Below, one piece after another: positions 19,801 through 29,951 of a stretch of DNA of 64,000 nucleotides; position 1 is the first letter of the stretch; each line of letters opens with the position of its first letter. Position numbers and translations under genes: made by a program. Source of the stretch: Lepidodermella squamata (lineage: Eukaryota > Animalia > Gastrotricha); the NCBI GenBank assembly GCA_047495785.1, contig JBLDXI010000002.1, positions 124,001 to 188,000 of the forward strand. The letters run 5' to 3'. Below the pieces are notes generated by a model. It saw only the letters and a list, made by a program, of their open reading frames with translations. It searched no databases and was not told where the DNA came from.

Positions 19801-22182
19801 TCATGTGGAGAAACAGGACATTGCCCCAAGGTTGCCCCTAGTGACAGGACGCTGCTCCTTCCGCGCTTGCAACCCAGGATAGATCCAAAATGCCGATAAA
19901 ATTGCAGAGGCGATGACGATGATGAACGCGATAGCTTCCTGCTGTTTAACCGCATTCGACTGTACAGTAATAGCGATTAAAATCGAAGCTGGTAACAGTG
20001 TAACTCCGGCAATAAGTGACAGAAAACATGGAGAAAACTCGTGACAACTATCCGTTAGTCCTTTTATCTGTCTCAGTTGAAGAGCATAAAGCAAACCGAT
20101 TGCTATCAGTAAGAATGAAAGAGCTGCCACAGCTCCCAGCAGTGACCATCCAATCGTAGGTTTCATCGCACATTGGACGAGCCAAGATTCGATCCTTGCG
20201 TCCAACTGGTCGTCGTACGTAGGCTGAGAGGCTAGCTCATAGGCGCAGATCATGCCGTTGCTAACAGCCCAGCCTATCAGGAGGGCCAAGTTGACGAAAG
20301 TGACAGAGATGGCTCCTAGGCTCGTCTGTTTATCAAATGTTTTCCAAATCTGACTCGGGAATGATAGAGATAATTTTGGATACATCGACATCTCATGCGA
20401 GAAATTAGTAGCTCTCTTCAGGGCCTTTATCTTTGAGGAATGAACCATACTTTGAACGAAGAAGTAAATATTTATCATCCGTGAAGCAATCAAGCTGAAG
20501 ACGATAGAAATTCCTATTCCGAGAAGGAAAAAGCAAGCTGTTGCTAAACCTGCGCTATCCAATGCCCTATCAATGGTAAAAGCTCCTGCCGACGTGTTCA
20601 GAATCAAACAGCCAACCAGGCCGATAATTTTGGTAATTCTTAGGTAAACCTTCCTCGGCTTATTCAGAGTGACTGAAATTATAGCACCCGATTGAATGAT
20701 CGTTGTCACGATTATCAGAAACCAGCACACACCAAACGAAATTGACGAAGCGTGTTGCAAATGTCTGAGAACGAGGAGTCGATCGCGAGGAGGAGCTCCA
20801 AGTGGCCATGCAATGGGACGGAGAATTCTGAATTCGTAGCTATTGAGGGAGAACTCTGACAGCTCCCTGTCGAGCTTCTGGCGGATGTAAATGAAGTCTT
20901 TGAGGCTATCAGGGGCCCACTGAGTGACTGTTTGTATGTCGCCCATGGGCGAGCCAGAGGAACTGAATGCCGACCTTCCAATCCTCATTCCCATGAACTC
21001 AGATGATAAAACAGATTCATTCGCAATTTTAGCGACAAGAGAAGGGTCTGATTGATAATCACGCAGGGTTAGGTTATACTCTGACTTCAGCCGCAGCTCA
21101 GTGTTGTGGAGGGCGAAGATGGCTGTCGAAAGCGCGTCGTAAACCCCGTAAGCAGCGATGAGAATCGAGTCTGCTGTTGCACGGGTTGAGTTTACTCCTT
21201 TGATTATATAAGCATCATAATCAGCCGCATTGTCTCCTAACGAGGTCACTCTACTGTAATTATCTGGCTTTCCAATGTTCCCGAAGTAATACGTCTGTCT
21301 AACTTGAGCTATTAACTCTTCTTGCGGGCAATCCTGGGCCATGGTGTTGTCGACGCTGATCGCAGTATTGAGAGCGATGAAAACGTAACGGGGTCCGCGC
21401 ATTCCTTGTTTGTAGGCAAAGCACAGAAAACGGACAACATTGAAGTTCCCAGTTATAGTCAACACTATCACTCTAGCTCCCGAATTCTTAATAACAGCCA
21501 CATCTTCTGGGGTTACGCTTCCAACAGTCACGTTACCAAAAAACACGTGAAATGTTGCAATTTCGAAGCGATTTGCAACGGCCTGGTCATGGAGCAATGT
21601 TGCAGTTCCATAGTCATTTACGTTACCCATGAACGCCAAGATTGCAATTCTGTTCCATCCCCCGATTTCCCGAATGAATTTCAGAATGGTGATCGCCGTG
21701 GTTTTGTAGGTAGGCAGGCGCCTGTAGAGATTGGGGAATGAATATTGATCCGCGAGAAACGGGGCAGTGCAAATTGGACTTATCGCGACTAGGCTGATAT
21801 GGCTAATAAAGCGGCCCACGGCTCGACATCCAACAGACTGGGCCGGGCCGACAATGATAGGCGATAAGTAACCATCCCGCCTCGATACATCGATTTCTCG
21901 GCTGAAGAGAACTGTCTCCTTAGCTGCATTCATGCCGAGAAGCTCTTCGCCATGGACGAACTCGATGTGATAATCCGGCAAAATGTCGCTCCGATTATTG
22001 ACGCGGTCGATTGCGAGTTGCACTGTTAGAAAGAACGCGGCACCTCGCCTAGCCTCGATTCCCTGTACCGGAGCGAGGAATAGCACTTTCAAGCGATGCG
22101 GCTTGGTTTGCGAATTGACTGCTGAAACAATCATGGTAGCTATCATGAGTGAGACGAAATTCAGCCTGGTAAGCATTTTCAT
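19801..22182 (-). CDS. GABA-B-like class C GPCR, copy 5, intronless
   Basis: Intact ORF; likely start ATG 22182 or 22176 (MKMLTRLNFVSL); flanks homologous to those of copy 4. Confidence 0.88.
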   Translation of the reverse strand: MKMLTRLNFVSLMIATMIVSAVNSQTKPHRLKVLFLAPVQGIEARRGAAFFLTVQLAIDRVNNRSDILPDYHIEFVHGEELLGMNAAKETVLFSREIDVSRRDGYLSPIIVGPAQSVGCRAVGRFISHISLVAISPICTAPFLADQYSFPNLYRRLPTYKTTAITILKFIREIGGWNRIAILAFMGNVNDYGTATLLHDQAVANRFEIATFHVFFGNVTVGSVTPEDVAVIKNSGARVIVLTITGNFNVVRFLCFAYKQGMRGPRYVFIALNTAISVDNTMAQDCPQEELIAQVRQTYYFGNIGKPDNYSRVTSLGDNAADYDAYIIKGVNSTRATADSILIAAYGVYDALSTAIFALHNTELRLKSEYNLTLRDYQSDPSLVAKIANESVLSSEFMGMRIGRSAFSSSGSPMGDIQTVTQWAPDSLKDFIYIRQKLDRELSEFSLNSYEFRILRPIAWPLGAPPRDRLLVLRHLQHASSISFGVCWFLIIVTTIIQSGAIISVTLNKPRKVYLRITKIIGLVGCLILNTSAGAFTIDRALDSAGLATACFFLLGIGISIVFSLIASRMINIYFFVQSMVHSSKIKALKRATNFSHEMSMYPKLSLSFPSQIWKTFDKQTSLGAISVTFVNLALLIGWAVSNGMICAYELASQPTYDDQLDARIESWLVQCAMKPTIGWSLLGAVAALSFLLIAIGLLYALQLRQIKGLTDSCHEFSPCFLSLIAGVTLLPASILIAITVQSNAVKQQEAIAFIIVIASAILSAFWIYPGLQARKEQRPVTRGNLGAMSCFST

Positions 22183-24003
22183 GTTCGTGGTTTGTTGCTT
22201 CTCAGAAAAATATGGAAATGACCTGATTGCCAAAATGTTTTTGAAAATGATGAATCCCTTGCATCTTCAAAAATATTGTTTAACAAGTGGGAAACATGAC
22301 CGTTTACGGAAAAGACGCACTTAGTGCGATGACGAGGATATCCTCGCATGTGGCGTCTTCCGTATGCGAAGACACCACAAAGCATCAGTTCGCTCGCTTA
22401 GAGAAAAATCCAAATTTGGTGACAATCAACATTGTCCCATTTTCGCCCTGCATTGCGACTTTGAGGAAGTGCATTGAGCAACGATCGTGTCCCGTGCAGT
22501 CCGCTCTGACGATGCCGCGTCAGACTGCGAGTAATGCTCAATGCACTTCTTGCTCATTTCATCGAGACTAACTTAAATGCCATCATCGCTAAACCACTTA
22601 ATTCAACGTATACTCCTTAGCAGTTGAATACGGGGCTGAATAAGACGCTGAGGCCGCCATTACGAATTGCAAAGAAAGCAACAGACTGCGATCTCGGAAA
22701 TTCTTAAAAAGTAGCAAATCATTCGGAAAAGGAGTAAAAACAAGCAGCCAACCCCACTTTTCCTGGCTATGGTATGTGATTCCTCTGTCATCTGTCATTT
22801 TAGACTTTCTTAACACTTTTCCGTGTATTTTATTTGCTTGCGTTACTTATGGGATACGCCCTAACAGTGCCGGATGACACCTGAAAAGGCCCTAATCCCT
22901 AGATTTCGTCCAAGAAGACCCTTGATGGTAAGGGCCCCTCGTGTCGATTTGTATCTGATTTGACAATTATTTCACCGGGCCCTAACCCTTACTTGTTACT
23001 AAAAGGATGATCCGGCCCTGCTTATTATATTTCAACCATAATCAGGTTGGCGAAATTTGAGCAGAAAATGTTTCGATAGATAATGAAACAAGTTTATGCG
23101 CACATGAATTACTGGAGAGTTTTACGATAGAAGTAAGACTTCCATGTAATTATGTCACTCCAGCCATCTATAGTTCGAAAAAACAGGCATGCAAATGACA
23201 GAAATAAATTAATAAATTGATGCCCGTAAGTGGTAAACTTGAGCTAATGCACGCATCGTTAGTTATATGATGAAAATGATGAATAATAAATTAATATTTT
23301 AATCATCGCATTGCCGCAAAAATGTCCGCAATGAGTGCAAAAGTGAAAATCATTGTCACGGTCGAAGCAATCTTGAAACCTGTTATAATATTCCCACAGC
23401 AACCGCCTCAATGTCACCGGAAATTAAATATTATTATACAGAAATGTCAATATTCAGTATTCACGAGTCTTTTCGAAACTTATTACTCCTTGAAAGCGAA
23501 TTTTAATTTCGAAGATCTTCCAAACCCCTCAGACAAAAACAACCTCAAGTCTCTTTTATTTATTGATAACGACTAACAGCTTTTATCCTTGCATGTCCGC
23601 AGTTCACAATACCTTCCTTCCCCTCCTCAAACATCCAAGTTGGTTGCCTTGGTGGTTGGCTGGCTGGTTGGTTTCCAGATTTAGATTTCGCATGTCAGAC
23701 CTCGGTTATCATGGTGCATCCAGCGACCCAACGAGCCGTCAGCGATATGACAAGGAACGCGCGCGGCTTCCTCTATAAGACGGCTTGACGGATTATTTAC
23801 CTTGCAGAAAACTGGACTACCTTGGAATCTCAAGTTTCTGCCGCGTTTTACCATGGAATGTGCAAGGTGTGCCGGGTAGTTGAGCCAGAGCAACAATGGC
23901 AACGACAGCCTGCAAAAATTAGTAACTCCCGTTTCCAGGCCGTTGAAAATGTACTGGTAATTAGATACTCAGATCAGAGTACGCTTTTGGGTCTCGGAGC
24001 AGC

Positions 24004-24269
24004 AAGGGATGGAAACAGGAATGTGTTGCTGTATATGCCAAAGTATGCAGTATACGACTAGTCATTTCAAATAAAAAGCGAGCGAAGCGAGAACATTTTG
24101 AAGATTCTCCAACACGCTCCGAAACCTCTCGACTGGTTTCTTTTCCGCTTTCTAAGTTCCGCTATTTCATGTCCGCCGAATTTTTTTCCGCCATGATCAT
24201 TTACCGTGTTGGTTCGCTCGATTTTTAGTTGAAATGGCAAATACATCAACAACTAATTTTCCATCCCTG
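24004..24269. mobile_element. Small TIR element (AGGGATGGAAA...TTTCCATCCCT); partial relative at ~14199-14290
   Basis: 11-bp inverted ends; internal TAGTCATTTCAA...GCGAGCGAAGCGAGAACATTT shared with 14231-14280. Confidence 0.5.
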
Positions 24270-24274
24270 ATGCT

Positions 24275-24375
24275 CTTATTTATGGCGATTGTTAACATCG
24301 AACCTGCTTGAATTATCGTGATAAAGATAATAAGAAACCAGCATACACCGAAAGAAAAGAAGTCGTCGAAATGCC
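24275..24375 (-). pseudogene. Isolated TM1 fragment of a class C GPCR copy
   Basis: Translates SFGVCWFLIIFITIIQAGSMLTIAINK, matching paralog TM1 (SFGVCWFLIIVTTIIQSGAIISVTLNK); abuts the TIR element. Confidence 0.8.
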
Positions 24376-25139
24376 AGCATACATCGAATGCCAGTATTTC
24401 ATCATAATGCAATTTTTTGACACTGTAGACACTGTAGAATTTTAGAAGGTAAATACGTGAACATCGACTGTTTGAGTTTCATCTTGCCATTCCATCATTT
24501 TTCGTCGCCTCCATGCCTGTTATTCTGAATTACAACAGCTAAAATTCAGTCTTTAAAAGTGCGGGAAAAGCGAATTACCCTCACGCTTCATAACGCTTCA
24601 TAACGCAAGTTAAACGCATTTTGAAATTGAGTTAAAATGTAGAAATGATTTTGAACGTTTGAAATTTGAATTTGGGCAGTAACGCACCATATGTCTGTCT
24701 ACACACACGCGACTAACAGATGTGACACCTGCCAATCTTATTTTATTATTTTATAAAAATTTCATAATAATTCGTCAACTGGTGAGCAACAGGCTGTAAA
24801 ATCCATATTTAATGCGCAATAATTTTTAAATGCGCAAGTGATAAATGCGCAAGTGAGGGTAACCCGGGAACAGCGGTTTGGAGTCTATCAACAAGCGGGA
24901 GTGGAGGCAGGTTATATTGATTTTACTTTCAAAGAAAACGCACAACGAAATTACGAAATTACGAAATTATAAAACGAACCCATTGAGGCCATAGTTCATA
25001 GTAATAAAAACATCCACAATTTATCGCTGATCCCGGATGTACAAATCTACAGATTCTACTCGCCTGTAATATACCGATTCATCGCGTTCACGTTCAGTTT
25101 AATTAAAAAACACACAAATTCCATTTCGCGGCGCAGCGA

Positions 25140-27580
25140 TCACGTAGGATTCGTTATTTTTGAGGAGGAACATGAGCTTGCTGCGATGTTGGCATTTGAA
25201 TCAGATGCAGCAATTGGCTTTTTCGAGGGGAGGAATCCAGGGTAGATCCAAAACGCTGACAAAATAGCTGAATCGATGACGGTAACAAACGCAATAGCTT
25301 CCTGCTGTTTAATCGCATCTGACTCTACAGTTATGGCGATCAGAATTGAAGCCGGCAAGAGCGTACCTCCGGCGATAACTGCGAGACAGCATGGTACGAA
25401 CTCATGGCAGCTGGTGGGTACTCCTTTTGTCTGTCTCAATCGGGACGCATACATGGAGGCTATTGCTATCAATAGGAATTCAATAACTGCCACAGCTCCC
25501 AGCAATGACCATCCAATCCCTGGTTTCATCGCACATCGGACGAGCCAAGCTTCAATCATAGCGTCCAAACTTTCATCGTACGTCGGTTGAGATGCTAGCT
25601 CATAGGCGCAGAACATACCATTGCTAACCGACCAGCCTATTAGGATGACCAGGTTGACAAAAGCGACCGAAATAGCTCCAATACTAGTTTGTTTGTCAAA
25701 CGTTTTCCAAATCTCACACGGGAAAGACACGGCTAATTTTGGAGAAATGGCAGCGCCTTTTGATAAAACTTTCTTAAGCAAGCCGTTCGATTTAGTAAAA
25801 GTGCTCCTAGTTGTCCCTATTTTCCTGGCTTTCCCCTGTACTTCGTGTTCCACAGTTTGAACAAAGAAGTAAATACTTATCACCCGTGTGGCAATCAAGC
25901 TAAAGACAATTGAAATTCCGATACCGAGCAAGAAGAGGCACGTTATTGCCAGACGTGCGCTGTCTAAACCCCTATCAATGGTAAAAGTCCCAGCTGCTGT
26001 ATTAAGGATTAAACAGCCAAGCAGGCCGAGTATTTTCGATAACTGGAAATGAAGTTGTCTCGGCTTATTCAGAGTGATCGCAATTGCTGAACCAGATTGA
26101 ATTAACGTCGTGATAATGATGAAAAACCAGCATACACCGAAAGAAGTTGTTGAAACGTGTTGCACATTTCTGTTAACGAGAAGACGGTCCCGAGGAGGAG
26201 CTCCAAGTGGCCATGTAATAGGCCGTAGAAATCGAAATTCGTAGCTATCGAGTGAAAACTCTGAGAGGCCTCTATCGAGCTTCTGACGAATGTAAATCAA
26301 GTCTTTGCTGCCATCAGGGGTCCATTGAGTCACAGTTTGAATGTCGCCCATGGGCGAGCCAGATGAACCAAAGGCCGACCTTCCTATCCTCATTCCTATG
26401 AAATCGGATGATAGAGCAGATTCGTTCGCGATTCTAGCGACTAGTGAGGGGTTGGAATAATAGTCGCGAAGGGTAAAGTTATACTCAGACTTGAGACGAA
26501 GCTCAGTGTTGTGGAGGGCGATGAAAGCTGTTGAAAAAGCGTCATAAAACATGTAAGATGTGATGAGAATCGAATCTGCTGTTGCTCGGGTTGCGTTTAT
26601 TCCCTTGATTATGTAAGCGTCGTAGTCAGCTGCATTGTCTCCGAGAGAGGTCAGTCGACTGTAGTTATCGGGCTTGCCAATGCTGCCAAAGTAATACGTT
26701 TGCCTAACTTGAGCAATCAGCTCTTTTTGCGAGCAATCCTGGGTCATGGTGTTGTCAACGCTGATCGCGGTAATCAGAGCAACGAAAGCGTAACGAGGTC
26801 CCCGCATTCCTTGTTTGAAGGCGAAGCACAGAAATCGGACGACGTGGTAGTTACTAGCTATAGTCATCACGATCACCCTTGCCCCTGAATTTTTGATGAT
26901 AGCTACGTCTTCCGAGGTTACGCTTGCAACAGCCACATTACCAAAAAATACGTGAAATGCCGCTATTTCAAATCCATTCGCAACGGCCTGGTCATGAAGC
27001 AATATTGCTGTTACATAGTCATTCACGTTCCCCATAAACGCTGTAATTGCTATTCTGTTCCAATTCCCGATTTCCCTGATAAACTTCAGAATAGTGATCG
27101 CCGTGGTTTTGTAGGTAGGAACACGCAGGTAGAGATTAGGGTATAAATAGTGATCGGCGAGGAATGGGGCAGTGCATGACGGACTTATCGCAATCTGGTC
27201 GATGTAACCGACGACACGACCCATGGCTCGACATCCAGCAGATTGAGCCGGGCCAACTATGATTGGAGATAGATAACCATTCCGCCCCGATCCATCGAAT
27301 TCTCGGCTGAAGAGAACAGCCTCCTTTGCAGCATTTATGCCGAGTAGGTCTTCGCGATGGACAAATTCGATGTGATAATCTGGCAGAATGTCGCTTCGAT
27401 TATTGACGCGATCAACGGCAAGTTGCACTGTTAGAAAAATCGCGGCGCTTCGCTTAGCCTCAACTTCTAGCACCGGAGTGAGGAATAAGACTTTCAAGCG
27501 ATGCGGTTTGATTTGCGAGTCAACCGCTAACACCATATAGTAGCCAACGTAAGTGCGGCTAGATGAATCCCGGGAAACAT
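25140..27580 (-). pseudogene. GABA-B-like class C GPCR, copy 6; frameshift inside the signal peptide
   Basis: ATG 27580 gives MFPGIHLAALTLAT, then two out-of-frame bases (27537-27538), then MVLAVDSQIKPH; paralogs read ...IAAMMVLAIDSQ. The remaining 798 codons are intact. Confidence 0.7.
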
Positions 27581-28750
27581 TTTCAAGGTTTTGTTTCTTG
27601 CCTTATTTCAAAATAATAGGTCTCGTAAAACTTGATCAGCGAATATTTACCTCGAAGGCATGGACAAGCTTTACTTCCGACCAGTCGGAAATATTGCCTT
27701 TTGCGGAATTAACTTTAAACACTTATGAGCGACAAGGATGTATCCCAAGGAAATTTTACTCCGCTCGCTCCTCGCGTTTCTTCCATGCAGAGCATTATTC
27801 TTATTGATTTTTGTATCATCTTCGAATTTTTTCCTTCATAAAACTTGCTCTGCATCTTTCGGCGGAACCAAATCTGATATACCTATGTCTCACCAGGGGA
27901 AAGCCCCAAGTCACAGACATTGTTCCAGATGAAGACGTGATAGCGAGGGAGATTTCGAAAAATGCTATCATTGATCTATGGCGCGAAAGCGGAAGGTGGG
28001 GAAGTGCGGGGAAAGCAGTATTAATCGGTGCAGCATTGATCATTTTCCTGCCCTGCTTGGCTGCTCACTATTCAAAAAATCTAACAGACACCAGATGCTG
28101 CGCTAAGCCGTGATCATCCTACTCTTTGCGGCGCGAAATGTGAGCAGAAAAACGAGTCGAAAAACGGAAAACAAAAACAAAAAACCGGAATCGAGACCCG
28201 CTTGATGGCTATGAGCAGCAAGCAACCGCGCAATTTCCGGCTCAATCCCAGTAATGGATGAACCACGAACAACAAAAATGTTGAAATGTATATATTCAAT
28301 CCCCTTTCAACGAATTTTGCCATGGAATACAACCAGTTGCGTAGTATACACCCGCAGCTCGAGAGGTCCAGGCTGAAAAACCCGACAAAAACATAGGTCC
28401 GATAAACTCGGAGCCTAAATATACCCAAACGTACCCCCAGCTCGTGGATCATACTAGTTCGCACACTGATCACTGACTACAACGCCAGCTGATGGAGAGT
28501 CGAAAAATCTGCGACGTCCAACCATTATCACCTGAATATTTGTCTAATCAATACATTTTGCTTGATGTTTTGATGACCCGAAAATTAAGAAAAAAGACCA
28601 GAGATGAAACCTTGATTGATGAAAATAACTATCACGCATTTCTGGTCCAATCATTTTTATTGCCACCATAGCAACGTATATTTTCCGAATGGTAACTAAG
28701 GACGCTTTTCACCAGTTCGACTTTAATGATATTTCACGCAAGAAATGCTT

Positions 28751-29951
28751 TTAATAGAAATGCTTAGAAATAGCGAGAAGGATGCAAATGAGAAGGCTGT
28801 AATTAGTGAGGACATCACCAGCGTTGTTATCCGCGTTGCTATCCTTGCGGCCTTTTTCAATGACCTTGCCAACCGACGCGCTGTAGTTATCCAGAGTACA
28901 CGCCTGGTCCATGTGGCCCTTGCAGCACGTGACTGACATGTTGAAATTATCTGAAACCAGTAGCGATTTCGAACATTGCGGTGAGCACTGCTGCGTCCGA
29001 GACAGAGGTTTGTCGTTAGGTTGGCGCATGCCGGCCCCTAGGGATTTGTACATGCGAAGGCAGACGAAGCCCTTCTGGCACGTTTGCAGGTTGGCTGATT
29101 TCCAATCTGCTGGGCAATCGTCCTGGCACGAGTAGCATTGATACGTCTCGCCTATTGTACCTGAGTCTGCGTTGTTGCTCTTGCGATTTTGAGCATTCGC
29201 ACTTTGGACTGAAATTCACAGTCACAGTGTAGAATTTGTACAGCGAAAAGTAAAAAATAAGGAACCTCAATAATTTCAAAACAATTATTTACCCCGAAGT
29301 TCGATCATTATCTAAACATTTCAACCATTATAAAAATTTAGAAAATTCGGAAAAAATTGGAAAATTGAAAATTCAAGAATGAGAAATTTTAATATTAAAA
29401 ATTGTAGGCTAGGCCGAGGCTCTTGAATTTTTTTCAATTTTTTCAGTAAATTTTCAAAAATTTTCAAAAATTATTTAAATGATTTTTGTAAATGATTTTT
29501 ATTTGAATAATTATTATGAAAGATTTTTTCTAAAAAATGTGAGGACTTTTGGAAGATATTTTCAGGAGGTTTTCGGATGTCTTGTCTTCGGTTTTTTTCA
29601 TATTTATAAATGTCTGTTTCCAGTGAAAACCTTGCTGCTTGCTCTATTACCAAATTATAACTTTCATTAAGAGAATGAAAAATGTCATTGATGACGTTCT
29701 ATTCTACGTATATCGATGAGCTCAAGTTACGTACTAAGTTAAATCAAAAATTAATTACGCTAAATGATTTCTGACTATTAGAATAGGGCAAAAATATGGA
29801 AAATTCCGGATATTTCGACATTTTTACGCAATTTCTCAATGTTCAGGTAATTTTAGGTAGTATTTTACTGTACAATTTGGAATTTCGTCGTAAACTCACC
29901 TAAACAAATAGCGACAATCGTTGAAAGACCAACTATCAGCTTGTTCTGCAT
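28751..29951 (-). CDS. Ly6/uPAR (three-finger, LU) domain protein with GPI-like C-terminus; exons 29900-29951 and 28751-29208
   Basis: Signal MQNKLIVGLSTIVAICL with donor G|GTGAGT and acceptor TTTCAG; 10-Cys pattern CYSCQDDC..W.SANLQTCQKGFVC...CSPQC...VTCC...C; hydrophobic tail YSLLICILLAIS. Confidence 0.82.

Noticed and set aside
22865-23020. CAGTGCCGGAT...ATCCGGCCCTG possible hAT MITE
   Set aside because: Short imperfect TIR and no target-site duplication.
23760-23900. IIYLAENWTT...AFYH resembling a post-RT LINE motif
   Set aside because: Too short and degenerate to support without a search.
2756-27146. Many 60-140 aa ORFs antisense to or overlapping the class C GPCR genes, recurring between copies
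   Set aside because: They are shadows of the conserved sense-strand codons; recurrence reflects paralogy, and most start at non-ATG codons.
28114-28473. 119-aa hydrophobic minus-strand ORF
   Set aside because: Non-ATG start, T-rich low-complexity origin of the hydrophobicity, and no motif or splice support.
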